Source: Escherichia coli | GTDB lineage: Bacteria; Pseudomonadota; Gammaproteobacteria; Enterobacterales; Enterobacteriaceae | Length of the DNA stretch: 64,000 bases | Reading direction: 5' to 3' (one strand) | Assembly (NCBI RefSeq): GCF_044324785.1 | Contig: NZ_CP172127.1 | Part shown: in pieces, positions 9,350-20,130 of the stretch | Layout of the letters: each line of letters opens with the position of its first letter | How positions within the stretch are numbered: the stretch's first letter is position 1 | Program-made: the position numbers and the translations under genes | The notes under the pieces: model-generated | Told to the model about the DNA's origin: nothing | Databases searched by the model: none | What the model saw: only the letters and a program-made list of their open reading frames with translations

Positions 9350-10960
9350 TCAGTTGTCGCCTTTGAATACGGTTCCCGCAGGGAGCACTGGTGTTTTTTC
9401 CAGGGCTTCAACCGGTGTCTGCGGGAGATAATGTTCAACTTGATGAGCCGGAATGTCGGCGTAATCCTGTTTCAGCCAGCGAATAAATCCGCCGACTTTC
9501 ACCAGTAAAATGACGAGGAAGGGAAGGGCTGTGAGCACGACGGTGGTTTTCATCGTTTCCAGCGAAGCACCGGTAAACAAGATGGAAAGCGGGATCAGAG
9601 TGATCACCACGCACCAGAAAAGACGCAGCCCACGGTCAGGATCTTCACCTTCCTGGAGATTACGCGTACTGGTCGCCGCCATGGTGTAGGCCACCGCATC
9701 CATATGCGAGGCAAGGAAAATAATCATCACGCCCAGGTATGCGGCGAGGAACAATTTACCGGCTGGCAACGACATCAGAACTTGCTGCACAGCTGTTTCA
9801 CCGCCCAGTGTTTCCAGCACCTGTGGGACGTTGATTACGCCATTGATAAACTGATGAATGGCATAGCTTTCCATTACGCCGAAGAAGAACCAGCAACCGA
9901 CGGTGCTGCCGAGGATCAGTCCCCAGATAACTTCTTTAATCTTATGACCGCGGGAAACGCGGGTGACAAACATTGCTACGCCAGGCGTGTATGAGATCCA
10001 CCACAGCCAGTAGAAAACGGTCCAGTTGCGGGTAAATGAACCATCGCCAAGCGGATCGGTGAATAAGCTCATTTGCAGGAAGTTTTGCGTGGTCAGGCCG
10101 ATGGCATTGATGATGCTGTTGGTAATAAATTCGGTTGGACCGACAATCAGCACCAGTAATGGCAGCAGGAACGCGCCCCAGCCAACCATTTTGCTCAGAC
10201 GTTGCAAACCGTTGTTGATACCAATCCATGAGCTTAGGCAAAAAATGCCGCCGGAAAGCAGGATCACAAATGCCTGCACGGTGAAGTTATCGGGTAAACC
10301 GGTCAGTGCGGAAAGTCCACGAGTAAAGGTTGCTGCGGTGACAACAAGGGAAATAGTCAGTGCGCCGACAGTGGCGATCAGGAACATCAAATCAACCAGT
10401 TTTCCCCATGGGCCTTGCGGGCGAACGCCGGTAATCGCGGCAATAATGCCGGAAAGACTCAGACCTTTGTTTTTCCGCACATGAAAGTGATAAGCCATGA
10501 TTAATGAGGCCAGCGTATAAGTTGCCCAGGCGCTGATGCCCCAGTGGAAGAAGGAGTAAGGGACGCTAAATTCGAGTGCCTGTTGTGAACGCGGTGCGAT
10601 ATTTAATCCAGGCGTTTGATAATAATAGGCCCATTCAGCAACCCCCCAATAAAGCGTAGAAGAACCTAAACCGGCACAAATAAACATAAACAGCCAGGAG
10701 AGCGTGCTGTATTCCGGTTTTCCTTCGCCAAGACGAATATTGCCGTATTTACTGGTGGCTAAATAAATCACCAGTCCCATTGCCAGCAAAACCAATACCT
10801 GTACGGCGGAACCTAACGTACGCGTAACAAAAGTGTATATTGCGTTGGCCGCGTCGGCCGATTGTTGTGGGAAAAGGCTTAATGCAGCTGCGATGAAAAG
10901 AATGGCCACCAGGCTGATGCTTATCAGCGGCACATCTTTTTTCTTAACATTGCTCATCAT
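9350..10960 (-). CDS. yeaV: BCCT-family (betaine/carnitine/choline) transporter YeaV
   Basis: Multi-TM ORF directly upstream of yeaW on the same strand; exact start uncertain (track ORF 536 aa may be N-terminally extended). Confidence 0.8.
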   Translation of the reverse strand: MMSNVKKKDVPLISISLVAILFIAAALSLFPQQSADAANAIYTFVTRTLGSAVQVLVLLAMGLVIYLATSKYGNIRLGEGKPEYSTLSWLFMFICAGLGSSTLYWGVAEWAYYYQTPGLNIAPRSQQALEFSVPYSFFHWGISAWATYTLASLIMAYHFHVRKNKGLSLSGIIAAITGVRPQGPWGKLVDLMFLIATVGALTISLVVTAATFTRGLSALTGLPDNFTVQAFVILLSGGIFCLSSWIGINNGLQRLSKMVGWGAFLLPLLVLIVGPTEFITNSIINAIGLTTQNFLQMSLFTDPLGDGSFTRNWTVFYWLWWISYTPGVAMFVTRVSRGHKIKEVIWGLILGSTVGCWFFFGVMESYAIHQFINGVINVPQVLETLGGETAVQQVLMSLPAGKLFLAAYLGVMIIFLASHMDAVAYTMAATSTRNLQEGEDPDRGLRLFWCVVITLIPLSILFTGASLETMKTTVVLTALPFLVILLVKVGGFIRWLKQDYADIPAHQVEHYLPQTPVEALEKTPVLPAGTVFKGDN

Positions 10961-11165
10961 GAGTCATCTCCTGGGCATAAAAGCCCGTCTCTGGCTTTTG
11001 CCAGTTGTAATTATTTGCAGGGTAATGAGTTGTATGTTGTGTTTAACAAATTGATTATTTGCATGTTACATAAATTAAACAATTAAGAATACGGAAAGCC
11101 ATAAAACACGAAACGGAAACAATAAAAGGTGAAATGACGCAGGTTATTAACTGCAAAGAACGAAT

Positions 11166-11190
11166 AAAAAAACCGCGTCAGTGACGCGGT
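11166..11190 (-). terminator. intrinsic terminator of dmlA
   Basis: On the minus strand ACCGCG-TCACTGA-CGCGGT followed by T7, 20 nt after the dmlA stop. Confidence 0.75.
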
Positions 11191-11210
11191 TCAAATAAAC
11201 TGGTTTGACC

Positions 11211-12296
11211 TTAACGCAAAATAATTTTGCAAATCGCGTCGGCAACCTGTGGCGTGGTGGCACTGCCTTTCATATCCGGTGTTTTCGGCCCGTGAGCAAT
11301 CACTTCTTCAATCGCTGCCAGAATACCGTTATGCGCTTGCTGGAAACGCTCATCGCCATTGCCGAGAAAATCGAGCATCATTGCACCGGCCCAAATTGTG
11401 GCAATAGGGTTAGCAATATTTTTCCCGTAGATATCCGGCGCGGAACCGTGAACAGGCTCGAAGAGCGACGGGAAAGTGCGTTCCGGATTCAGGTTGGCGG
11501 ATGGGGCAATGCCAATGGTGCCGGTGCAGGCCGGGCCAAGATCGGAAAGGATATCGCCAAACAAATTGGACGCCACCACCACATCGAAGCGTTCCGGCTG
11601 CATCACAAAACGCGCGCAGAGAATATCAATATGCTGCTTGTCCCAGCGGATCTCCGGGTAATTCTCGGCCATTGCTTCCACTCGCTCATCCCAGTACGGC
11701 ATGCTGATGGCTAAACCGTTTGATTTAGTGGCAGAGGTTAGCGTCTTACGTGGGCGGCTTTGCGCAAGTTCGAAGGCATAACGCAAAATGCGATCGACAC
11801 CACGACGCGTAAATACCGATTCCTGAATGACGACTTCATGCTCTGTACCTTCATTCACTCTACCGCCGAGCGAGGAATATTCGCCTTCGGTGTTTTCCCT
11901 GACCACGTAAAAATCGATGTCGCCAGGCTGTTTTCCCGCCAGCGGGCAGGGAACGCCAGGAAAGAGACGAACCGGGCGCAGGTTGACGTACTGGTCGAAT
12001 TCACGACGAAATTTCAGCAGCGAACCCCACAACGAAATATGGTCCGGAACGGTGTCCGGCCAGCCGACGGCACCAAAATAGATGGCGTCGAAACGGCTAA
12101 GTTGCTCATGCCAGTCGTCCGGCATCATTTTACCGTGATGGCTGTAATACTCGCAGCTCGCCCACTCCATTTGCTCAAAACTCAAGGCGAAGCCCCAGCG
12201 CTCAGCGGCAGCCTGTAACACGCGAATCCCTTCAGGAAGGACTTCTTTGCCAATCCCGTCTCCCGGGATCGCAGCAATACGCATCGTTTTCATCAT
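11211..12296 (-). CDS. dmlA: D-malate dehydrogenase (decarboxylating), isocitrate/isopropylmalate DH family
   Basis: 361-aa ORF MMKTMRIAAIPGDGIGKEV with the family N-terminal fold signature. Confidence 0.85.
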   Translation of the reverse strand: MMKTMRIAAIPGDGIGKEVLPEGIRVLQAAAERWGFALSFEQMEWASCEYYSHHGKMMPDDWHEQLSRFDAIYFGAVGWPDTVPDHISLWGSLLKFRREFDQYVNLRPVRLFPGVPCPLAGKQPGDIDFYVVRENTEGEYSSLGGRVNEGTEHEVVIQESVFTRRGVDRILRYAFELAQSRPRKTLTSATKSNGLAISMPYWDERVEAMAENYPEIRWDKQHIDILCARFVMQPERFDVVVASNLFGDILSDLGPACTGTIGIAPSANLNPERTFPSLFEPVHGSAPDIYGKNIANPIATIWAGAMMLDFLGNGDERFQQAHNGILAAIEEVIAHGPKTPDMKGSATTPQVADAICKIILR

Positions 12297-12398
12297 TGGG
12301 TTCTCACTTCCTGACCATCAAAATTGACAACATCACCATCCTATAATTGACTGAAAAGGAATTAATCCCCGTAACTGGTGAAACATAAAACACGAATC

Positions 12399-13322
12399 AT
12401 GAATAATTTACCGCTGCTGAACGATTTGCGCGTCTTTATGCTGGTGGCTCGCCGGGCTGGTTTTGCCGCCGTGGCGGAAGAACTGGGCGTTTCACCGGCG
12501 TTCGTCAGCAAGCGCATCGCCTTGCTGGAGCAAACGCTAAACGTGGTGTTGTTACACCGCACCACCCGCCGCGTCACCATTACCGAAGAAGGAGAGCGGA
12601 TTTATGAATGGGCGCAGCGGATTTTGCAGGATGTCGGTCAGATGATGGACGAACTTTCTGACGTGCGTCAGGTGCCACAGGGGATGCTGCGTATTATCAG
12701 CAGCTTTGGTTTTGGACGACAGGTGGTGGCTCCGGCGTTATCAGCGCTGGCGAAGGCGTATCCGCAACTGGAATTACGTTTTGATGTGGAAGACCGGCTG
12801 GTCGATTTGGTCAATGAAGGTGTCGATCTCGATATTCGCATTGGCGATGACATCGCCCCTAATTTAATCGCCCGCAAACTGGCGACCAATTACCGCATTC
12901 TCTGCGCGTCGCCGGAATTTATTGCGCAACATGGCACGCCGAAACATTTAACCGATCTTTCTGCATTGCCGTGCCTGGTCATTAAAGAGCGCGATCATCC
13001 TTTTGGTGTCTGGCAATTACGCAATAAAGAAGGCCACCATGCGATTAAAGTCACCGGCCCACTGTCGTCTAATCATGGAGAAATTGTCCATCAGTGGTGT
13101 CTCGATGGGCAGGGGATTGCTCTGCGTTCCTGGTGGGATGTTAGCGAAAACATTGCCAGTGGTCATTTAGTGCAAGTGCTACCGGAATATTACCAGCCAG
13201 CGAACGTCTGGGCCGTTTATGTTTCAAGGCTGGCGACGTCAGCGAAAGTGCGGATAACGGTAGAATTTTTACGCCAGTATTTTGCCGAGCACTACCCGAA
13301 TTTTTCACTGGAGCATGCCTGA
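12399..13322 (+). CDS. dmlR: LysR-type transcriptional regulator DmlR
   Basis: N-terminal HTH MNNLPLLNDLRVFMLVARRAGFAAVAEELGVSPAFVS; divergent from dmlA; track ORF trimmed to ATG 12399. Confidence 0.85.
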   Translation: MNNLPLLNDLRVFMLVARRAGFAAVAEELGVSPAFVSKRIALLEQTLNVVLLHRTTRRVTITEEGERIYEWAQRILQDVGQMMDELSDVRQVPQGMLRIISSFGFGRQVVAPALSALAKAYPQLELRFDVEDRLVDLVNEGVDLDIRIGDDIAPNLIARKLATNYRILCASPEFIAQHGTPKHLTDLSALPCLVIKERDHPFGVWQLRNKEGHHAIKVTGPLSSNHGEIVHQWCLDGQGIALRSWWDVSENIASGHLVQVLPEYYQPANVWAVYVSRLATSAKVRITVEFLRQYFAEHYPNFSLEHA

Positions 13323-13379
13323 TTAATGATTCAATTATCGGGTTGATATCGGGTTAAAACCTGATTTTCTCCTTTCTAA

Positions 13380-14087
<708 letters not shown>

Positions 14088-14094
14088 TACTTTC

Positions 14095-14114
14095 AGCCCG
14101 CGTTGTCGCGGGCT
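14095..14114 (+). terminator. hairpin after leuE (terminator candidate)
   Basis: AGCCCGCG-TTGT-CGCGGGCT 8-bp GC stem 8 nt after the leuE stop; weak U-tract. Confidence 0.45.
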
Positions 14115-14169
14115 TCCCATCTGTAATCCTCCCTGATTCTTCTCTGATATGGTGCTAAAAAGTAACCAA

Positions 14170-14194
14170 TAAATGGTATTTAAAATGCAAATTA
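14170..14194. promoter_or_regulatory. NsrR-like operator upstream of yeaR-yoaG
   Basis: AT-rich imperfect inverted repeat AAATGGTATTT-A-AAATGCAAATT resembling the 11-1-11 NsrR motif, about 70 bp before yeaR. Confidence 0.5.
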
Positions 14195-14259
14195 TCAGGC
14201 GTACCCTGAAACGGCTGGAATAAACCATTTTCAGCGCATTCACCGAAGGAGGGAAAAGG

Positions 14260-14619
14260 ATGCTGCAAATCCCACAGAATTATATTCATACGCGCTCAAC
14301 GCCTTTCTGGAATAAACAAACTGCGCCTGCCGGAATATTCGAACGTCATCTTGATAAAGGAACGCGCCCGGGAGTTTACCCACGCCTTTCCGTTATGCAT
14401 GGGGCGGTCAAATATCTCGGCTACCCTGATGAACACAGTGCAGAGCCTGATCAAGTGATCCTTATCGAAGCGGGGCAGTTTGCGGTGTTCCCTCCAGAAA
14501 AGTGGCACAACATTGAAGCCATGACTGACGATACTTATTTCAACATTGACTTCTTCGTTGCCCCTGAAGTCCTGATGGAAGGTGCGCAACAACGGAAAGT
14601 CATTCATAACGGGAAATGA
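14260..14619 (+). CDS. yeaR: DUF1971 protein YeaR
   Basis: 119-aa ORF; 3-nt gap to yoaG suggests an operon. Confidence 0.85.
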   Translation: MLQIPQNYIHTRSTPFWNKQTAPAGIFERHLDKGTRPGVYPRLSVMHGAVKYLGYPDEHSAEPDQVILIEAGQFAVFPPEKWHNIEAMTDDTYFNIDFFVAPEVLMEGAQQRKVIHNGK

Positions 14620-14622
14620 ATC

Positions 14623-14805
14623 ATGGGCAAAGCAACGTATACCGTGACCGTCACCAATAACAGCAATGGCGTTTCTGTCGATTATGAAACAGAGACGCCG
14701 ATGACTTTGCTGGTGCCAGAAGTGGCGGCTGAAGTGATAAAAGATCTGGTGAATACCGTGCGTTCTTATGACACGGAAAACGAACATGATGTTTGTGGTT
14801 GGTAA
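14623..14805 (+). CDS. yoaG: DUF1869 small protein YoaG
   Basis: 60-aa ORF MGKATYTVTVTNNSNG immediately after yeaR. Confidence 0.8.
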   Translation: MGKATYTVTVTNNSNGVSVDYETETPMTLLVPEVAAEVIKDLVNTVRSYDTENEHDVCGW

Positions 14806-14952
14806 TTATCTCTGATCGTTGATGGCGCAATTTCTGCGCCATCGCAAAAAAATCCTCCGTGATGCTCGTCACAAATTTTGCCCTCCCGATGTTGTGCTAT
14901 GCTTTTTATCAGCGACTAACCCGCTAATGCAAAACAGATAAGTGAGGAAACA

Positions 14953-15201
14953 ATGGGCATTCTGTCATGGATTATTTTTGGGCTTATTGCCGGTATTCTG
15001 GCGAAGTGGATCATGCCAGGTAAAGATGGTGGTGGATTCTTTATGACTATCCTGCTGGGGATAGTCGGTGCCGTAGTCGGCGGATGGATCAGCACGCTGT
15101 TTGGCTTTGGTAAAGTCGATGGCTTCAATTTTGGCAGCTTCGTGGTTGCCGTTATTGGCGCGATTGTCGTGCTGTTTATCTACAGAAAGATTAAAAGTTA
15201 A
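14953..15201 (+). CDS. yeaQ: GlsB/YeaQ/YmgE-family small membrane protein
   Basis: 82-aa glycine-rich two-TM ORF MGILSWIIFGLIAGILAKW. Confidence 0.85.
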   Translation: MGILSWIIFGLIAGILAKWIMPGKDGGGFFMTILLGIVGAVVGGWISTLFGFGKVDGFNFGSFVVAVIGAIVVLFIYRKIKS

Positions 15202-15214
15202 CGTTTAAATTGCA

Positions 15215-15249
15215 CAAAGGCTGCACACAGGCAGCCTTTGCTATTTTCT
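15215..15249. terminator. terminator hairpin after yeaQ
   Basis: CAAAGGCTGC-ACACAG-GCAGCCTTTG 10-bp perfect stem followed by CTATTTTCT; lies between the yeaQ stop and the yoaJ stop. Confidence 0.7.
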
Positions 15250-15259
15250 AGATGTGACG

Positions 15260-15334
15260 TTACCACCATCCCAGCTCAGTGCCGAGTACGACAATAATCG
15301 CCACACCCATCATAATAATCGTTGTTTTTTTCAT
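15260..15334 (-). CDS. yoaJ: small membrane protein YoaJ (24 aa)
   Basis: Direct reverse-complement reading gives MKKTTIIMMGVAIIVVLGTELGWW then stop; below the ORF-track size cutoff. Confidence 0.75.
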   Translation of the reverse strand: MKKTTIIMMGVAIIVVLGTELGWW

Positions 15335-15336
15335 CT

Positions 15337-15435
15337 TTATGCTCCCGGGGCAGCATAGCCGCCAATAAAAAACCATGCTAAAAATACGACCGCTGTAATA
15401 AAGATTACAACCGGAAAAATAATACCGATTCGCAT
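15337..15435 (-). CDS. yoaK: small membrane protein YoaK (32 aa)
   Basis: Direct reading gives MRIGIIFPVVIFITAVVFLAWFFIGGYAAPGA then stop; ends 2 nt before the yoaJ start. Confidence 0.75.
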   Translation of the reverse strand: MRIGIIFPVVIFITAVVFLAWFFIGGYAAPGA

Positions 15436-15467
15436 GTTATCACCAATCAAAAGGATGTGAATACGCC

Positions 15468-16493
15468 TCAGGAATGTAGCGCTGGATGCGCGACAAAAGG
15501 GGTTTTCTGTTTGTGTTTTTTCTCCTGATACATCGCGATATCGGCAGCATGCAGGGCACTGTCTGCATCGGTCGTTTCAGGATCGACTTCTACTATGCCA
15601 AGACTGGCACCGGGATAATACAAATCAACATCACCTAAGTGATATTCTCCACGTATTTGCTGTTGAATACGTTCTCGCAGCGACGAAATATCCGCATTCT
15701 CGTTGTTCAGTGAAACAACCAAAAACTCATCACCGCCGAGACGACCAATAACTTCGCCATTTTGCTGGAGCGTATTAAGGCGCTCGCCAACCTGAATGAG
15801 GAACAAATCACCACTATTATGACCAAAACGATCGTTGATTAATTTGAAGTTATCCAGATCGATAAACGCGATCATTATCTTATGGTTAAGATGTCGGGCG
15901 AGAGAAAACAGCGTCGTCAGGTTTTCAAAAATCGCCCGCCGATTCGGTAGCCCGGTTAACGAGTCGGTATACGATTGCGCAATCAGCGCAGCATTGGCTT
16001 CGCGCAGCTGTTCTACCAGCGCCTCTTTTTGAATATATTGTGCAATCAGTCCGGCGAATAACTGCAAAACCTGTTCCGCGCGTTCACTCCACTGGCGCTT
16101 CTCACTACTGGCGGCGCAAAGCGTGCCATAGAATGATCCATCCGGTAAGTGAATTGGCGTGCTCAGAAATGTGGTGATGCCAAGATTGCGTGCCGCAATA
16201 CAGTCGCCCCAACGGTCAGGGACTTCATCGCTGAAAAAGCAGTTTTCATCAATGGCGCGTTTGCATAACGAGTAATCCCACGAGACGGTAAAATTCTCCG
16301 GGATGTGCATTTTCTGGCTGTTACGGGCAAACATAATATGCTGCAGGCGCGCTTCGACATCCACTTTGGTCAGGTAGGTTGATTCCATATCAGTGACCAT
16401 TTCCAGCATCTCCAGAAGCTGTCGGACCAGGCTTTCCAGTGACTGTTCTTTGGCAAGGGATTGCGAGACGCGGGCGATAATCTGATCTGACAC
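15468..16493 (-). CDS. dgcP: diguanylate cyclase DgcP (YeaP), GAF-GGDEF
   Basis: GGDEF motif RLGGDEF with I-site-like RxxD context; GTG start at 16493 gives the 341-aa product; track ORF extended upstream. Confidence 0.85.
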   Translation of the reverse strand: MSDQIIARVSQSLAKEQSLESLVRQLLEMLEMVTDMESTYLTKVDVEARLQHIMFARNSQKMHIPENFTVSWDYSLCKRAIDENCFFSDEVPDRWGDCIAARNLGITTFLSTPIHLPDGSFYGTLCAASSEKRQWSERAEQVLQLFAGLIAQYIQKEALVEQLREANAALIAQSYTDSLTGLPNRRAIFENLTTLFSLARHLNHKIMIAFIDLDNFKLINDRFGHNSGDLFLIQVGERLNTLQQNGEVIGRLGGDEFLVVSLNNENADISSLRERIQQQIRGEYHLGDVDLYYPGASLGIVEVDPETTDADSALHAADIAMYQEKKHKQKTPFVAHPALHS

Positions 16494-16675
16494 GAAACAA
16501 CTCCAGGATACGGCGGGTAAATGCTGATTATTTAATCTTTGCAGGCATGATAAAACATCATCAACAAAGATGAAACAAGGCGTAATATGATTTGAGTGAA
16601 TGTAATAAAAATAGTGCTGCAAAACAAAACGATACCGCGATACTCTAAGCCTGGATAAATATGTGAGATCAATAA

Positions 16676-16930
16676 ATGAAAATTATCAGTTTTGTTCTGC
16701 CTTGCTTGCTGGTTCTGGCTGGTTGTTCAACCTCTTCTCAGCCAGAAGCACCTAAACCGCCGCAGATTGGTATGGCAAATCCGGCGTCGGTCTATTGCCA
16801 GCAGAAGGGCGGGACGCTCATTCCAGTGCAGACAGCGCAAGGGGTCAGCAACAATTGCAAATTACCGGGCGGTGAAACGATTGATGAATGGGCATTGTGG
16901 CGACGGGACCATCCGGCTGGTGAAAAATAA
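16676..16930 (+). CDS. yoaF: DUF333 lipoprotein YoaF
   Basis: 84 aa; signal peptide with lipobox LAGC. Confidence 0.8.
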   Translation: MKIISFVLPCLLVLAGCSTSSQPEAPKPPQIGMANPASVYCQQKGGTLIPVQTAQGVSNNCKLPGGETIDEWALWRRDHPAGEK

Positions 16931-16951
16931 CCGCCGGATGCTGTACTAAAA

Positions 16952-17299
16952 TCACAAGCTACGTAGCCAGTCGGCCAGCACCAGCGCATGGTTCTGCGTG
17001 GTGTTTTTTGCTGAGTAGAGCAGGGTCAGCGGCTGTTTTTTGGCGATGTCCGCCAGCCGCTTTCCTTCTTGCTCGTGTTGCGCCAGTTCTGCAAGATATT
17101 GCTCGCGAAAGGTTGCAAAATCGACGACTTCGCCGTGAAAGGCTTTGCGCAGTTCCGTTGACGGCGTGATTTCTTTATCCCACTCATCAAGGGCTAAATC
17201 GGTTTTTTTGATACCACGCGGCCAGAGGCGGTCGACCAGTACGCGATAACCATCGCTCTGTTCTGCCGGATCATAAACGCGTTTGCACTGAATATTCAT
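16952..17299 (-). CDS. yeaO: DUF488 protein YeaO
   Basis: 115-aa product from ATG 17299 (MNIQCKRVYD); track ORF has a 7-codon upstream extension. Confidence 0.8.
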   Translation of the reverse strand: MNIQCKRVYDPAEQSDGYRVLVDRLWPRGIKKTDLALDEWDKEITPSTELRKAFHGEVVDFATFREQYLAELAQHEQEGKRLADIAKKQPLTLLYSAKNTTQNHALVLADWLRSL

Positions 17300-17353
17300 C
17301 GTGTTTGTTCTCCCTTCCACGCATGATTGGTCACGTCACTATAGCACCGGATA

Positions 17354-18535
17354 TTAGCGAATTTCTTTGTCTCTCCCGGCGCAAAGTCCGAAAATCGCCA
17401 TCAGTAGTGAAAGTATGGCAACACCCATCAATGGTATGGACCAGTCACCGTTAGTATCGTGTATTTTACCCATCAGCGGCGGCCCACAGGCTGCCAGCAA
17501 ATACCCGACGGATTGTGCCATCCCCGAGAGTGCCGCCGCCTGATGCGCAGAACTTGCCCGAAGACCAATGAACGTCAACCCTAGTATCATTGTTGCGCCG
17601 GAACCAAAACCGAAAAGCAGAGTCCAGGTGATCGCGTGCGCTGGCATAAAGCAGAGCCCAACCGCGCCCACTGCGCACATCAAGGCAACGAACGCTGCAA
17701 TACCACGCTGATCTTTCACATGATGTAAGAAAAGTGGGATCAGCAAACCGGGAGCTGCTGTGGCTAGTTGCAGCAAACCATGCAGTGAACCCGCCTGTGC
17801 TTCGCTATAGCCGTGACTGATGAGGATCGCCGGAAGCCAGCCAATAATCACGTAATAGATCAGTGAGTTGATCCCAAGAAACAATGTTACCTGCCAGGCA
17901 AGCGGCGAACGCCAGATACCCCGAGTATGTAAGGCGCGTGAGGTACTCAAATTTGCATGTTGTTGACTTCGCCACTGTGGCAGCCATAAAAAAAGAGCCA
18001 GCAGAGGAAAACACATCAGCATGAGCAACGCGCCTTGCCAGCCAAAACCGTTCAAAGCCAGCGGCACGACCATAGCCGATCCCAGTGCCGCTGCAGCTCC
18101 CATTGTCAGGGAATATGCGCCGGTAAGTCTGGCGACGGAATGAGGGAAATCGCGTTTAATTAATCCTGGCAGTAAGACATTGCCTAATGCAATCCCACCG
18201 CCAATGACCGCTGTACCGCCAAATAATAAGTAAGGCGAAGGGAGAGAGCGAATTGCGATACCAGCACAGATCAAAAGTAACGCGGCAAACAGGCTACGCT
18301 CCATACCAAAACGTCGCGCCACCGGGGCAGCCAGCGGTGAGATTAGCGCAAAGGCTAATAATGGCAGGGTGGTCAATAAGCCGGTTTGCGCCGTCGTCAG
18401 CGAGTAAGCGAAACGAATCGTATCCAGTAACGGTGCTGCGCCGGTAAAGGTGACGCGTAATGTTGTGGCAATCATTAGAATGCCAGCGATAAGGACAATC
18501 CTGTTTTTGCCGCTTAATGAAGTTGAACAGGTCAT
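17354..18535 (-). CDS. yeaN: MFS transporter YeaN (NimT)
   Basis: 393-aa 12-TM-like ORF divergent from the AraC-family regulator yeaM. Confidence 0.8.
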   Translation of the reverse strand: MTCSTSLSGKNRIVLIAGILMIATTLRVTFTGAAPLLDTIRFAYSLTTAQTGLLTTLPLLAFALISPLAAPVARRFGMERSLFAALLLICAGIAIRSLPSPYLLFGGTAVIGGGIALGNVLLPGLIKRDFPHSVARLTGAYSLTMGAAAALGSAMVVPLALNGFGWQGALLMLMCFPLLALFLWLPQWRSQQHANLSTSRALHTRGIWRSPLAWQVTLFLGINSLIYYVIIGWLPAILISHGYSEAQAGSLHGLLQLATAAPGLLIPLFLHHVKDQRGIAAFVALMCAVGAVGLCFMPAHAITWTLLFGFGSGATMILGLTFIGLRASSAHQAAALSGMAQSVGYLLAACGPPLMGKIHDTNGDWSIPLMGVAILSLLMAIFGLCAGRDKEIR

Positions 18536-18631
18536 ATGCTTCTCATTGTTACAAACGAGGCTGTACCTTACCGTTTTTATTGTTATGTTGAATCAAGCTA
18601 AAATGACAAATTATCGCTAAATTCGGACAAA

Positions 18632-19453
18632 ATGATGCATAGGTTGAATCTCAATGGCTATGAACCCGACCGACACCATGAAGCCGCGGTCGCATTTTGT
18701 ATTCACGCCGGAACGGATGAGTTAACCAGTCCTGTACATCAGCACCGCAAAGGGCAGCTGATACTGGCGCTACATGGTGCAATTACCTGTACGGTGGAAA
18801 ATGCTTTGTGGATGGTGCCGCCGCAATATGCGGTTTGGATACCGGGAGGGGTGGAACATAGCAATCAAGTGACAGCTAACGCTGAACTCTGTTTTCTGTT
18901 TATCGAACCCAGCGCAGTGACAATGCCGACAACCTGTTGCACATTGAAAATATCGCCCTTATGCCGGGAATTAATTTTAACCCTGGCAAACAGGACGACG
19001 ACTCAGCGTGCTGAGCCGATGACCCGCAGATTAATTCAGGTCCTGTTTGATGAACTCCCTCAGCAGCCACAACAACAGCTGCACCTACCCGTTTCTTCTC
19101 ATCCTAAAATTCGCGCGATGGTGGAGATGATGGCGAAAGAGCCCGTCGAGTGGGGGTCATTGGGGCAATGGGCTCGCTTTTTTGCGATGAGTGAACGCAA
19201 TCTTGCCCGACTGATAGTGAAAGAGACGGGGTTGAGTTTTCGCCAGTGGCGTCAGCAGTTACAGCTGATTATGGCGCTTCAGGGATTAGTGAAAGGCGAT
19301 ACTGTACAGAAAGTTGCTCATACGCTGGGGTATGATTCAACAACGGCCTTTATTACTATGTTTAAGAAAGGCCTGGGGCAAACGCCAGGCCGATATATTG
19401 CGGGATTAACTACTGTTTCCCCACAATCAGCGAAACCAGACCCGCGGCAATAA
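18632..19453 (+). CDS. nimR: AraC-family transcriptional regulator NimR (YeaM)
   Basis: 273 aa; cupin-like N-terminus and C-terminal AraC HTH ([23 protein letters not shown]). Confidence 0.85.
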
Positions 19454-19856
19454 GCGGGCCAACCGGTACGCCGCGAAACAGCGCCACGCCCAAAACAGTG
19501 CCCACCAGCAGCCCGGCGACCAGTTGCGGCTGGCTGCCCATTAACGTCACGCCGCGCCCACCTAGCCAGGAGACAATAACGCCTACTGCAATTGCCACCA
19601 GCGATTTCCAGTTCAGAAACGAGTGAATCAGGGTTGAGGGCGGTAGCGTCCCGCTGGCGATGGGGGCCATAACGCCAATCGTCAGAATGATTATCCCGAT
19701 ACTTAGCCCCTGTTTTTCAATCCACGGGAAAAAGGTGCTTAACGGTGTGACGCGGACAATGATTAACACCAGAATTGAAACGGCGACAGTGGTGTTATGA
19801 CTGATAAAGCCCAGCGCAGCTAACCCGAGCAGGATCAGCAAAGTGACATCAAACAT
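19410..19856 (-). CDS. yeaL: DUF441 inner-membrane protein YeaL
   Basis: 148-aa hydrophobic ORF; its 3' end overlaps the nimR 3' end by 44 nt. Confidence 0.8.
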
Positions 19857-20025
19857 CGTGGTTTCCTTGCCAAAGAATAATAAGCCTGCTTACTTTACGC
19901 TTGCTGCAGGAAGGAAGTAGAAAATCTTTACGTTTTTTGCATAAAAAATCAGGCGAACTGTCATCAAACTGCCATTTGCGCACGCTAACAATAACGTGAA
20001 AACAGCTATCTCCCGGGGGCATACT

Positions 20026-20130
20026 ATGAACGATCAAATGTTCGTCGAGACTCTGATTATCACGTCATCGTTTTTTGCCATTGCTGTTGTGCTGGTTTTG
20101 TCCGTTCTTCTTATCGAACGGACAGGCTAG
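20026..20130 (+). CDS. yoaI: small membrane protein YoaI (34 aa)
   Basis: Direct reading gives [34 protein letters not shown] then TAG; stop codon abuts the yeaK stop. Confidence 0.75.
   Translation: MNDQMFVETLIITSSFFAIAVVLVLSVLLIERTG

Noticed and set aside
14296-14787. 163-aa minus-strand ORF spanning yeaR and yoaG
   Set aside because: It overlaps two co-directional plus-strand genes with conserved products, and its composition (His/Arg/Phe-rich) looks non-protein-like.
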